From an uncultured Candidatus Saccharibacteria bacterium (GTDB lineage Bacteria > Patescibacteriota > Minisyncoccia > Phycocordibacterales > Zambryskibacteraceae): 64,000 bases of DNA. A program made the translations under genes and the position numbers. The stretch spans positions 7,283 to 71,282 of the forward strand of contig CAYUOR010000001.1 of assembly GCA_964446535.1 (NCBI GenBank), read 5' to 3'. Positions 46,671 to 55,855 of this stretch are shown here, piece after piece (positions within the stretch are counted from its first letter, which is position 1; each line of letters starts with the position of its first letter). The notes beneath the pieces are model-generated. The model was not told the origin of the DNA. It made no database searches and worked only from the letters and a program-made list of their open reading frames with translations.

Positions 46671-47405
46671 CTACTTCAAGTGTCGCCTGACGCACTTGGC
46701 GACTTCCATCCTCCACTCATTGAACTTCGTTGTGTCGATGTCGGCGAGAAGATTGCGAGGGGGCGCTTTGATGATGAGGCGCCTGTGTCGCCGGTTGCAA
46801 TCTATCCGATAATGCTTCGGAAGATGCACCATCATCTTGTTAAGTTTGATGAATGCGTCTTCGTGCCCGACATCGGCCTGCTTCCTTAGGGGAACAACAT
46901 TCTGATACTCGCCAGAGAGATAATCAGTAGGAAGCGCTCGCTTCAAGATCGTATCGAGGTCGGCGTGAGTGCGGACGAAGACGAGACGAATGCCGAGCCT
47001 TCTGCACATCGTGCGTAGGGCTCGACGATCGTGGGCCTCGATAAGATCCGAGTCGATCACCGCATTGCCGCCGAGATGAATGATGCCCAAGGCGACGATT
47101 CTCAAAATGTCGTTACCTCCCTCGTAACTTGCGTGACGACGGCGAAGCTCGAGACAGATTTCATCATGAGCAAGAACTGTGCCGCCGATATGTTCAGCGA
47201 ACTCTCGGGCGACGGCACTCTTGCCGGAACCGGTAAGTCCGAGCATGCCGACGATAACCGGCTCTTCGGTCAAACGTACTCTTGGAGAAAGTTTCCTCGC
47301 GAAAGCTCTGGCGGCGGCACCTTCACGTTTGTTTGGAAGCTTCTGATCCGAGAGCTGAATGCTCGGGGCTATTTCGTCCCTGAAAAGTCGTAACTGCTTC
47401 GTCAT
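46671..47405 (-). CDS. P-loop NTPase/kinase of uncertain specificity (AAA_33/zeta-toxin-like fold)
   Basis: Walker A GLTGSGKS, Arg-rich. Higher GC than the surroundings. Confidence 0.5.
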   Translation of the reverse strand: MTKQLRLFRDEIAPSIQLSDQKLPNKREGAAARAFARKLSPRVRLTEEPVIVGMLGLTGSGKSAVAREFAEHIGGTVLAHDEICLELRRRHASYEGGNDILRIVALGIIHLGGNAVIDSDLIEAHDRRALRTMCRRLGIRLVFVRTHADLDTILKRALPTDYLSGEYQNVVPLRKQADVGHEDAFIKLNKMMVHLPKHYRIDCNRRHRRLIIKAPPRNLLADIDTTKFNEWRMEVAKCVRRHLK

Positions 47406-47515
47406 GACTCACCTCCTTTGCGTTCAAATTACAATTCTTCGGCTACGCTAACATAAGCGTCAAGCGAGAGTCAAATAAAAATTCCCCGACAGAGATTCCT
47501 GTCGGGGATGTGGCT

Positions 47516-47785
47516 TCATGGGACTATGAAGCCGTAGTAAATACCAAAACAGATGGTAGCAACGACCGAGCCGATAAGCACCCCTGTCGGACCGTCCGAA
47601 TGCCTCCATCTGATGAGGCTCACAACGGCAAAAACGAGGGCGGCCGTACCGACAAAGAGGTGGTACCAGTGAGGCATGCCGAAGATCGGCATCGTGAGAA
47701 CAACGAGCAAAAAGCCGAGAATGCAAAAAGCGATAAGAATCTTCTCTCCGAAAGAGAAAAGATACCTCTTCTTCAAACTCTCCAT
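47516..47785 (-). CDS. Hypothetical 3-TM membrane protein
   Basis: Start at the ATG preceded by AGGAG (6-nt spacing): MESLKKRYLFSFGEKILIAF.... Confidence 0.5.
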   Translation of the reverse strand: MESLKKRYLFSFGEKILIAFCILGFLLVVLTMPIFGMPHWYHLFVGTAALVFAVVSLIRWRHSDGPTGVLIGSVVATICFGIYYGFIVP

Positions 47786-47854
47786 CACAATCTCCTTTAA
47801 CGTACTATTCTTGTAGAAGTAGACCAAATTAAGCTATCGAAAGTCAAGGGGAAA

Positions 47855-48295
47855 TCAAGCTGGAACGAGCCCTGGATTCTTGGCGGCTTTTTGTAAAACT
47901 TTTTTGAGTTCAGTGAGGTTCAGATCTTCAAGTTTTTTAAATCGGATACAGCTTCGGCCGACACTGACTTTGCCTGCCTGCGCAGGCAGGCCGAGTTTTT
48001 TCGCGTGTTTTTCCGCCAGATACTCCCCTTTCTCAAGGGCGCAAACATAAATTGAAATATAGTTTTTCTGGCTGGCAAGCGCCACGATTGGCCAGTCAAT
48101 TATTTTCTTCGCGTAATTTTTATATTTGAAACTGCCATAGCCGAGCATGTTGTAGGCAAAATGGGGTTTAAGTTTCGGTGCTGATTTTTGGATAAACTTG
48201 TGCAGGAAATTTATCGCCTCTTTGCGCTCCTTTGGAACAGATGAGAGATATTCCGATACACTTTTAGCCTTCACCTTTTTAAACATATTTCCCAT
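47855..48295 (-). CDS. DUF1801 (YdhG/YjbR-like) domain protein
   Basis: VSEYLSSVPKERKEAINFLHKFI...YNMLGYG matches the DUF1801 pattern. The CDS contains the 20-bp palindrome. Confidence 0.55.
   Translation of the reverse strand: MGNMFKKVKAKSVSEYLSSVPKERKEAINFLHKFIQKSAPKLKPHFAYNMLGYGSFKYKNYAKKIIDWPIVALASQKNYISIYVCALEKGEYLAEKHAKKLGLPAQAGKVSVGRSCIRFKKLEDLNLTELKKVLQKAAKNPGLVPA
47972..47991. repeat. Perfect 20-bp palindrome GCCTGCCTGCGCAGGCAGGC, copy 2 (inside the DUF1801 CDS)
   Basis: Shares 19 nt with 42688..42706. Encodes ...GLPAQAGKV... on the minus strand. Confidence 0.5.
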
Positions 48296-48361
48296 ACATT
48301 GTTATTATAGACCTGTAATCTTTTTGCAAGAAGCCGTTTTTTCCTTTAGAATTCCCCTATT

Positions 48362-48445
48362 GCGTCGGTGGCGGAGTGGTCAATCGCAACAGACTGTAAA
48401 TCTGTCGGCCTTAGGTCTACGCAGGTTCGAATCCTGCCCGGCGCA
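48362..48445 (+). tRNA. tRNA-Tyr (anticodon GUA)
   Basis: 84 nt type-II: GCGTCGGTGGCGGAGTGGTCAATCGCAACAGACTGTAAATCTGTCGGCCTTAGGTCTACGCAGGTTCGAATCCTGCCCGGCGCA. Long variable arm. Confidence 0.85.
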
Positions 48446-48454
48446 CAAAGTTGT

Positions 48455-51130
48455 TTATTGTAGAACCGGTTCTTTGCTTATGACAACCGTAGAAGCCGAG
48501 CCGGAGCGGCGGCTCTTCTTAATATCAAACGTAAATTGATTATCTTTAACATCAACCGAGACCGTTCCGCCGGAAAGCACTTTATTCGTAATCATCATTG
48601 ACGCAATGGGGTTGAGAATTTTGTCTTGAATCAGGCGTTTCAGAGGACGGGCACCATATTGCGGGTTATAGCCGTCACGTGAAAGAAGTTCAAGAACTTG
48701 ATCAGAAACCTTTAGTGTAATTTCCTTATCCAGTAATCGTTTTTTGACTATATCAATCTGGATACCGACAATTTCTTTTATAGCTTCTTTTGAAAGGACG
48801 TCGAAGATGACAATATCGTCAAGGCGGTTAAGAAACTCCGGTCGGAAATGTTCTTTAAGAGCGGAAAGAACTTTTTCCTTAACATTAGTGTAGTCATCCT
48901 TTTCACCATCGGAGAACCCGATTGACTGCATTTTATCTATAAACTGGGCGCCGATATTCGAGGTCATGATTATAATCGTGTTTTTGAAATTTATGGTTCT
49001 GCCCTTGGCATCCGTGAGGCGGCCGTTATCTAAGATTTGGAGAAGGACGTTAAAGACCTCCGGGTGCGCCTTCTCAATCTCGTCAAAAAGGACGACGGAG
49101 TAAGGTCTGTGTCTGACCGATTCGGCGAAGGTTGAGCCCTCTTCAAAGCCGACATAGCCAGGCGGAGCGCCTATGAGCTTTGAGACAGAGTGCTTCTCCA
49201 TAAACTCCGACATATCAACGCGGATAAGCGCTTTCTCGTCGTCGAACATAAATTCGGCAAGCGCTTTTGTAAGCTCGGTCTTCCCTACTCCCGTGGGACC
49301 GAGGAAAATGAACGAGCCGATTGGGCGATTCGGATCAGAGATTCCTGCGCGAGAACGCTTGACCGTGTCGCTGATTTTCCCGACCGCTTCATCCTGGCCG
49401 ATAATTCGTTTCTTGAGAAATTCTTCTATCCTTGAGAGTTTCACCGCCTCCTCTTCGAGCATTCGCGATACGGGTATGCCCGTCCAGCGACTGACGACAA
49501 GAGCTATATCCTGGGCAGTAATTTCTTCTTTCAAGAGGCGCCTCGGGCCTTGTAACTTTTTCAGACGCTTGGCTTTGATATCAAGTTCTTTTTCAAGACT
49601 CGGGATTTTGCCGTAGCGAAGTTCAGCCGCACGGGAAAGGTCTGCCTTGGCCTCGGCTGACTCGGCTTCCAGTCGCATTGATTCCAAACTTTTCTTAATA
49701 TTTTTTATATCGCCGACAGTTTCCTTTTCATTTCGCCATTTAAGCTCGGTCTCAGAAGTTTTTTCCCGCAGATCGGCAATCTCTTTGTCTATCACCTTGA
49801 GTCTTGTTTTAACTTTCTGACTCTTGGACTCTTTCTTGAGAGCCTCCTTCTCTATCTCGAGCTTCATTATTTTAGAATGAGTATCCTGAAGCACCGGAGG
49901 CATGTTCTCCAGAGAAATCTTTAAGAATGAGGCGGCTTCATCTATAAGATCCACCGCCTTGTCGGGCAGGAATCTGTCTGTGATATAGCGTGAAGAAAGG
50001 GTGACGGCCGCCCTTATGGCATCATCGGTGATACGAACGCCGTGGTAGAGCTCGTAGCGCTCTTTAAGCCCGCGGAGGATGGTCATGGCGTCTTCTACAG
50101 AGGGCTCCTGAACATAGACCGGTTGGAAACGGCGAGTTAGGGCTGGATCTTTTTCTATATGCTTTTGATATTCACGAAGAGTTGTGGCGCCGATAGCACG
50201 AAGCTCACCTCTGGCCAAAGAAGGTTTAAGCATGTTGGATGCATCCATAGAGCCCTCGGCGGCGCCGGCACCAACGATAGTATGAATCTCGTCTATGAAA
50301 AGAATAATTTTACCATCCGACTTCTCAACCTCTTTGATGATGTTTTTGAGTCGCTCTTCGAACTCTCCGCGATACTTCGTGCCCGCTATTAAAAGCCCGA
50401 TGTCGAGCGAGACAAGCTCTTTTTCTTTTAGCGACTCGGGAACATTGCCGGAAGCCATGCGGAGTGCCAGCCCTTCGGCAATGGCGGTTTTACCAACACC
50501 GGCTTCGCCGATAAGAATCGGATTATTCTTGGTTCGACGTGAGAGAATCTGGATTATGCGACTAACCTCGTCGTCACGACCGATAACGGGGTCGAGCTTA
50601 TTGGCCTTGGCCAGGGCGGTAAGAGAGCGGGCATATTTCGAGATGGCTTTAAATTTCTTGGCTTCTCGTTGTTCTACTGGACCCGCCTTCCTGATGTCTT
50701 CTATAACCTTAACAACCGTTTGCCTGTCAATCTTAAACTTCAAAAGAAGCTCTCTGGCATCGCTCGGAACTTCGAGTACCGCCAGAAAAAGGTGTTCGGT
50801 TGATACGAATTCATCGCCGAGAGATTGTGCAATCTTGGAACTTGATTCTATCGTGTGGGCGAGTTCGGGTGTCAGATATATCTGATAAGAGGGTGCGATG
50901 GTCTGACTTGTCTCGGAAGTTTCTATTGCTTCAAGGGCTGTGTCGGTAAGAAATACGCTGTCTATATTCATACGGTCGAGGATAGAAACCGTCATGCTCT
51001 CCTCCTGTATAAGAAGTGCCGCTAGGAGATGCGTTGGATTCACGTGATTCTGTCCACGCTCCATAGCAAGCTCGTGCGCCTTCCTGATAACCTCTTGTGC
51101 TTTAGTAGTAAAGTGTTTAAAAGGTTGCAT
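48455..51130 (-). CDS. clpB: Chaperone ClpB (Hsp104-type disaggregase)
   Basis: Clp N repeats, D1 [15 protein letters not shown], a long middle coiled-coil, D2 [20 protein letters not shown]. Start at the ATG 7 nt downstream of TAAAAT. The track ORF extends to 51166, overlapping the upstream gene. Confidence 0.9.
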   Translation of the reverse strand: MQPFKHFTTKAQEVIRKAHELAMERGQNHVNPTHLLAALLIQEESMTVSILDRMNIDSVFLTDTALEAIETSETSQTIAPSYQIYLTPELAHTIESSSKIAQSLGDEFVSTEHLFLAVLEVPSDARELLLKFKIDRQTVVKVIEDIRKAGPVEQREAKKFKAISKYARSLTALAKANKLDPVIGRDDEVSRIIQILSRRTKNNPILIGEAGVGKTAIAEGLALRMASGNVPESLKEKELVSLDIGLLIAGTKYRGEFEERLKNIIKEVEKSDGKIILFIDEIHTIVGAGAAEGSMDASNMLKPSLARGELRAIGATTLREYQKHIEKDPALTRRFQPVYVQEPSVEDAMTILRGLKERYELYHGVRITDDAIRAAVTLSSRYITDRFLPDKAVDLIDEAASFLKISLENMPPVLQDTHSKIMKLEIEKEALKKESKSQKVKTRLKVIDKEIADLREKTSETELKWRNEKETVGDIKNIKKSLESMRLEAESAEAKADLSRAAELRYGKIPSLEKELDIKAKRLKKLQGPRRLLKEEITAQDIALVVSRWTGIPVSRMLEEEAVKLSRIEEFLKKRIIGQDEAVGKISDTVKRSRAGISDPNRPIGSFIFLGPTGVGKTELTKALAEFMFDDEKALIRVDMSEFMEKHSVSKLIGAPPGYVGFEEGSTFAESVRHRPYSVVLFDEIEKAHPEVFNVLLQILDNGRLTDAKGRTINFKNTIIIMTSNIGAQFIDKMQSIGFSDGEKDDYTNVKEKVLSALKEHFRPEFLNRLDDIVIFDVLSKEAIKEIVGIQIDIVKKRLLDKEITLKVSDQVLELLSRDGYNPQYGARPLKRLIQDKILNPIASMMITNKVLSGGTVSVDVKDNQFTFDIKKSRRSGSASTVVISKEPVLQ

Positions 51131-51135
51131 TTGCC

Positions 51136-52326
51136 CTATTTTAACACGGAATTTGATACACGGCAAAATATTTCTGCTGCCCGCATGGCATCCCGACTTT
51201 TCGTCTCTCTACCGAAAGAAAATCTGATAGTCGCTGTCGCAAATTCTTCTCCTACTGTGGCACGAATGGTCGGAGAACCCTCTTCTCTTTCGTCGGTCGA
51301 GCAGGCGGTACCCGCCGAGGCAAGAACGCCAACTTTCTCCATCTTTATAACTATAAATTCCGCTAGAGCTCCTGGCACGGAAACACTCACTATGTTTGGC
51401 AAGCGACTGTCGACGGGGCCATTTATCAGGGCCTCGGGCAGATTTTTTCTAACGTAATCGACAAACTCTTTTCGCAAAATATCTAGACGCTTCGACTCCT
51501 TTTCTCGCTCAAGGGATGCAGTCTCAAGCGCTACAGTAAATCCAGAAATTAAAGCTGGGTTCTCGGTACCGGCTCGTCGACCATACTCCTGACTTCCGCC
51601 AAAAATAATCGGCCTGATTTTAACGTTTTTTCTTACAGCGAGAACTCCGATACCCTTCGGTCCATATATTTTGGCACCATCTATTGTTAGAAGATCGGTA
51701 TTTAGTTTCTCGAGTGAAATATCCAAATAATTCGGCGCCTGGCTTGCGTCGGTGTGGAGGAGCGGGTAGTCCTTGTCGTTTTCTCTACGAAATTCTTTGA
51801 CGATACGCCCTATTTTTGAAAGTTGTTGAATAACGCCAATCTCGGAGTTGGCATACCCTATAGAGACAAGAAAGGTGTTCTTTTTCAAAAGTTTTCGCAG
51901 AGCCTCCGGGTTAACTAATCCGTCTTTGCCGACCTTGAGAACACTCACCTCGCCGCCTCGACGACACACCTCTCTTGCCGCTTCTGCCACGGCGGGATGC
52001 TCTATCGCAGAAATTATTAAGTGCGGTTTCTTAAACTGCTCACTCGCGGCGCTGTACGCGCCGAGAATAGCTAGGTTATCGGACTCCGTACCACCAGAGG
52101 TAAAAATTATTCCCGAAGGAGCAATGCCCAGAATACGCGCGATGCGAACTCGCTTGTCTTCTACGTCTTTTTTTACCGAAAGGGCTTCCCTATAAACGGC
52201 AGAGGGATTGTAAAAATCCTTTGACCAATATTTTTTCATCGCCCTAAGTGCCTTGGGCAAAAGTGGCGTAGCCGATGCATAGTCTAGAAAAATTCTTTTC
52301 TTGGGAAACCAGTTCATCCCTGCCAT
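51136..52326 (-). CDS. Cysteine desulfurase (class V aminotransferase, IscS/NifS family)
   Basis: IFLDYASATPLL N-terminus, PLP-Lys region, catalytic Cys loop. The start may be the second ATG (52317), 9 nt downstream of a TATAGA hexamer. Confidence 0.85.
   Translation of the reverse strand: MAGMNWFPKKRIFLDYASATPLLPKALRAMKKYWSKDFYNPSAVYREALSVKKDVEDKRVRIARILGIAPSGIIFTSGGTESDNLAILGAYSAASEQFKKPHLIISAIEHPAVAEAAREVCRRGGEVSVLKVGKDGLVNPEALRKLLKKNTFLVSIGYANSEIGVIQQLSKIGRIVKEFRRENDKDYPLLHTDASQAPNYLDISLEKLNTDLLTIDGAKIYGPKGIGVLAVRKNVKIRPIIFGGSQEYGRRAGTENPALISGFTVALETASLEREKESKRLDILRKEFVDYVRKNLPEALINGPVDSRLPNIVSVSVPGALAEFIVIKMEKVGVLASAGTACSTDEREEGSPTIRATVGEEFATATIRFSFGRETKSRDAMRAAEIFCRVSNSVLK
51138..51143 (-). 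promoter_or_regulatory. TAAAAT -10 hexamer 7 nt upstream of the clpB ATG (leaderless-type)
   Basis: Minus strand reads gtgtTAAAATagggcaaATG. Confidence 0.3.
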
Positions 52327-52381
52327 TCTATATTTCAGGCGTGTTTTTGCAATATTTGTGTGGTATGGTTAAAACCTATTT

Positions 52382-53893
52382 ATGACCAAAACTAAGGAAA
52401 AAACACAGAATTCGGAAGAAGCGCGACCACCTATCGTGGCAATTCTTGGACATATCGACCACGGCAAATCCACTCTTATTGATTACATCAGGAAAACCAA
52501 TACGACCGCAAAAGAGGCCGGTGGTATTACGCAGCACATAAGCGCCTACGAAATAAGACACACTACAAAAGACGGCAGAGAAACCGCTATTACTCTTCTT
52601 GATACCCCGGGGCATGAAGCCTTCAGTGGAATCCGAACTCGCTCTGCCACACTTGCCGACATGGTAATACTCGTTGTCAGCGCGGAAGATGGAGTAAAAC
52701 CGCAAACCGAAGAAGTTATAAAATATGTAAAAAATTCTTCCCTACCGTTCCTTGTTGCTATAACCAAGGTGGATAAACCAACGGCTGATGTCGCGCGCAC
52801 CAAACAGAGCCTTGCGGAAAAAGAGGTTTACGTTGAAGGATATGGTGGTGACACCTCCGTTGTCGAAGTTTCAGCTAAAAGCGGTAAGGGTGTCGACGAG
52901 CTTCTAGATATGGTCTCCCTTATGTCAGAAATCAACGCCAAAAAGGCGACAAGGGAAGTTCTCGGCTCGGGTGTCATCATCGAGACAAGAAGAGATGCCA
53001 AACGCGGTGTCATTGCGGTCGGGATTATTAAAAATGGCACAGTCTCAACGGGACTTTTCGCCGCAACTCGCGGGGCCGTAGCACCAATTAGATTTCTCTT
53101 GGACGCGGAGGAAAATCAGGTTGAGTCTCTTTCCTACTCTAGTCCTGTTCAGATTGCCGGCTGGGATGAAATGCCCGAAATCGGAGCCGAATTTCAAACA
53201 TTTTTGAAAAAAGAAGAGGCGCAAAACTTTGCCGAAGTGGGCAAGAGGTCGGCCGGTGTGAAAACTTTTAATAATATTTCTGAAGATATGGCCATCCTGC
53301 CCCTTATCATTAAGACTGATACGGCCGGAAGTCTAGAAGCGGTGCTAAGAGAAGTCGAAAAGCTAACAAGAGAAAGAATTGTCCCGAAGATTGTCTTCTC
53401 CGGACTTGGTAGCATCAACGAAAACGACATTAAACTTGCCTTATCGGGAAGTCGGGCAACCATTTTTGGCTTCAATGTTAAAGCAGACACCAAGGCCGGG
53501 TTACTTGCGGAGCGATCCGGCATATCGCTATTTACATACGAGATAATTTACGAATTTATAGACAAGATCAAAGAACTTCTTGCGGAGAAAGAACCGAGAA
53601 TCGAGGTTGAAGAAGTTGAGGGTCGGGCTAAGGTTCTTAAGATTTTCGACGCAAGCAAGGGAAAACAGATCTTCGGCGGACGAGTCACCGAGGGGCAGAT
53701 AAAGCATGGTATGCAGATAAAAATTTTGCGAAGAGAGGCAGAGCTTGGCCGTGGGCGAATCAAGGAACTCCAGCAGTCGAAGATTGCTACAGACACCGTT
53801 AACGAAGGTATTGAGTTTGGTGCCATGGTTGAATCAAAAATTGAAATTGCCCCCGGAGACACTATCGAGGCAATTACTTTGGTCACAAAATAA
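52382..53893 (+). CDS. infB: Translation initiation factor IF-2 (short form lacking the long N-terminal region)
   Basis: G-domain GHIDHGKST, DTPGHEAF, NKVD; beta-barrel domains; 503 aa. Confidence 0.85.
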   Translation: MTKTKEKTQNSEEARPPIVAILGHIDHGKSTLIDYIRKTNTTAKEAGGITQHISAYEIRHTTKDGRETAITLLDTPGHEAFSGIRTRSATLADMVILVVSAEDGVKPQTEEVIKYVKNSSLPFLVAITKVDKPTADVARTKQSLAEKEVYVEGYGGDTSVVEVSAKSGKGVDELLDMVSLMSEINAKKATREVLGSGVIIETRRDAKRGVIAVGIIKNGTVSTGLFAATRGAVAPIRFLLDAEENQVESLSYSSPVQIAGWDEMPEIGAEFQTFLKKEEAQNFAEVGKRSAGVKTFNNISEDMAILPLIIKTDTAGSLEAVLREVEKLTRERIVPKIVFSGLGSINENDIKLALSGSRATIFGFNVKADTKAGLLAERSGISLFTYEIIYEFIDKIKELLAEKEPRIEVEEVEGRAKVLKIFDASKGKQIFGGRVTEGQIKHGMQIKILRREAELGRGRIKELQQSKIATDTVNEGIEFGAMVESKIEIAPGDTIEAITLVTK

Positions 53894-53912
53894 TTCGACC
53901 ATCAAACATTTG

Positions 53913-54239
53913 ATGAAAGAGATAAAGAGAGAAATCGTCGCCGAAGTGCTCCACAGACTCGCCGCGGAATTCTTGCGTGACGAGGCGGGTAGGTCGTCGC
54001 TTCTTACCGTAACTCGAGTTGAACTCTCCCCCACCGGCAAAGAGGCAAAAATATTTTTCACCACCCTGCCGGAGTCCGAAGAAGAGAGCGCGCTGAAATT
54101 CCTGGAGAGAAAAACACAGGATTTTAAAAACTATATAAAAAACGAATCGAGGATAGGCATCATTCCTCACATAGACTTTAAAATCGATTACGGAGAACGA
54201 AACCGGCAGCGCTTAGACGAGCTTGGTCGAGAAGAGTAA
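53913..54239 (+). CDS. rbfA: Ribosome-binding factor A
   Basis: RbfA KH-like signature (LLTVTRVELSPTGKEAKIFF). Start at the internal ATG just after infB. Confidence 0.8.
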   Translation: MKEIKREIVAEVLHRLAAEFLRDEAGRSSLLTVTRVELSPTGKEAKIFFTTLPESEEESALKFLERKTQDFKNYIKNESRIGIIPHIDFKIDYGERNRQRLDELGREE

Positions 54240-54243
54240 GTCC

Positions 54244-54317
54244 TGGTGCGGGTAGCGAGAATCGAACTCGCGTCTCAACCTTGGGAAGGTCGCATTCTGC
54301 CACTAAACCATACCCGC
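54244..54317 (-). tRNA. tRNA-Gly (anticodon CCC), CCA encoded
   Basis: GCGGGTATGGTTTAGTGGCAGAATGCGACCTTCCCAAGGTTGAGACGCGAGTTCGATTCTCGCTACCCGCACCA. Confidence 0.85.
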
Positions 54318-54396
54318 GCGCCTTGACAATGATGCCAGAAACCTTTAATTTAGCCAAAAGATTTTGCTCATTTCTAGACCTTAAAGGAATTCTCAA

Positions 54397-54972
54397 ATGC
54401 ACAGTCTCAAGGTTTTCGCCCTTTCGGCGGTTGCCCTACTGTGCACCGCCTGCAGCACATCCTTCCTTCTACCCTCTTACGAAGATTCGAGGAAGACTCC
54501 CGGCAACGTGAGTCTCGATGAAGCACGACTTGCCTTCGAGCAAATCGTCGAAGGTAAATCTACGGAAGCGGACATTCGCACGCTCAAGTTCGGGGCTCCA
54601 TTCACGGACGAGGAACTTGTAGGACACCTGCGCATGAGCGCGGTCCTTACCGAGAGCCAGTCGGCGGGCGATGGCGTATTCCTCGACGAGAGGATCAAGG
54701 ACTGTATCAGACGCGAAAATGCTTCTGAAACGTGTAATCTTCTTGTTATTCGCGACGGCAGACAGAAAAGTCAGGGACAAGGTAACCCCTTACTCTATTA
54801 CACGGGAATCCGCAGAATAGACGAGGTGAGTTCCTGGGGCTACACCATCTGGCTTGTTCTTGAGAATGGTGTGGTTATCCACAAACAGTTTGAGCCGTCG
54901 CAGTCTCCGCCGACAATTGAGCGGCGCGCCCGCGATTTTGGCCGAGTGGTCCAATACAGGGTTCGTCCTTAA
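54397..54972 (+). CDS. Hypothetical lipoprotein (higher-GC)
   Basis: Lipobox LLCTAC after the signal peptide. 191 aa. No domain recognized. Confidence 0.5.
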   Translation: MHSLKVFALSAVALLCTACSTSFLLPSYEDSRKTPGNVSLDEARLAFEQIVEGKSTEADIRTLKFGAPFTDEELVGHLRMSAVLTESQSAGDGVFLDERIKDCIRRENASETCNLLVIRDGRQKSQGQGNPLLYYTGIRRIDEVSSWGYTIWLVLENGVVIHKQFEPSQSPPTIERRARDFGRVVQYRVRP

Positions 54973-54977
54973 TCTAC

Positions 54978-55010
54978 AAAACCCCGACGATTTCGTCGGG
55001 GTTTTTCTTT
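54978..55010 (+). terminator. Rho-independent terminator
   Basis: CCCCGAC-gatttc-GTCGGGG followed by TTTTTCTTT. Confidence 0.5.
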
Positions 55011-55012
55011 AG

Positions 55013-55085
55013 TGCGCCCACGAGGATTCGAACCTCGGACCATCTCCTTAAGAGGGAGCTGCTCTACCAACTGAGCTATGGGCGC
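55013..55085 (-). tRNA. tRNA-Lys (anticodon CUU)
   Basis: GCGCCCATAGCTCAGTTGGTAGAGCAGCTCCCTCTTAAGGAGATGGTCCGAGGTTCGAATCCTCGTGGGCGCA. Confidence 0.85.
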
Positions 55086-55185
55086 TTGGAAATTAGAGTA
55101 TCACAGAAAGGCGGGTTTTTTTCAATTGTGATAAGGTAATATTCACGTCGGCTGTCTTATTTATTTCATAAAATAGGGCGCCAAC

Positions 55186-55257
55186 GGCGTAGTGGCGAAG
55201 TGGTAACGCTTTGGTCTGCAAAACCAACATGCAGGGGTTCGATTCCCCTCTACGCCT
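55186..55257 (+). tRNA. tRNA-Cys (anticodon GCA)
   Basis: GGCGTAGTGGCGAAGTGGTAACGCTTTGGTCTGCAAAACCAACATGCAGGGGTTCGATTCCCCTCTACGCCT, followed by an encoded CCA. Confidence 0.85.
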
Positions 55258-55283
55258 CCATGCTCCGCAAAATGCGGGGCAAT

Positions 55284-55365
55284 GCCCGGGTGGCGGAATT
55301 GGTATACGCGCACGACTTAAAATCGTGTCTCGCAAGAGGTGTGGGTTCGATGCCCACCCCGGGCA
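55284..55365 (+). tRNA. tRNA-Leu (anticodon UAA)
   Basis: 82 nt type-II: GCCCGGGTGGCGGAATTGGTATACGCGCACGACTTAAAATCGTGTCTCGCAAGAGGTGTGGGTTCGATGCCCACCCCGGGCA. Confidence 0.85.
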
Positions 55366-55368
55366 CAC

Positions 55369-55451
55369 GCCGAGGTGGCGAAATTGGCAGACGCGCTGCG
55401 CTTAGGACGCAGTGGGGTAACCCATTGGAGGTTCGAGTCCTCTCCTCGGCA
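55369..55451 (+). tRNA. tRNA-Leu (anticodon UAG)
   Basis: 83 nt type-II: GCCGAGGTGGCGAAATTGGCAGACGCGCTGCGCTTAGGACGCAGTGGGGTAACCCATTGGAGGTTCGAGTCCTCTCCTCGGCA. Confidence 0.85.
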
Positions 55452-55493
55452 CAAGATTCAATTATTTACTTATTTTTTGATACAATTGATATT

Positions 55494-55817
55494 ATGAGTG
55501 ACTCCCCAACTCCAGAAAGAGATTTAAAAGCACCAAATGGGAAAAATCTTATTATTGGTGGCGCGATTTTATTTGCACTCGGTGTAGTAGTTTACGTACT
55601 AACCAGTGGGTACGGCTTCTCGTGGTCTTATCCTTTAGTCGGCATATCATGGATTTGCCTAATAATTGGATCAATACGTATCTGGAAAACAAACTCGGTA
55701 TCGATTCGGTTTAAGAGTTTTTCACTAATCTTGGTTATATTGGTGTCTTATATTTTGATAAGTTATTTCTATGAGGTTTCGGGGCCATCATCTCCATCAG
55801 GAAACGTTCTAATATAA
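55494..55817 (+). CDS. Hypothetical AT-rich 3-TM membrane protein
   Basis: Trimmed from track ORF 55200..55817 (which spans the tRNAs) to the ATG after tRNA-Leu. Confidence 0.45.
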   Translation: MSDSPTPERDLKAPNGKNLIIGGAILFALGVVVYVLTSGYGFSWSYPLVGISWICLIIGSIRIWKTNSVSIRFKSFSLILVILVSYILISYFYEVSGPSSPSGNVLI

Positions 55818-55855
55818 AACGTAAAATTCCAGTAAAAAATTAATAATGTTGATTT

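Noticed and set aside
55200-55493. N-terminal 98 codons of track ORF 55200..55817
   Set aside because: This stretch translates across three tRNA genes (Cys, Leu-UAA, Leu-UAG). The real CDS starts at the ATG at 55494.
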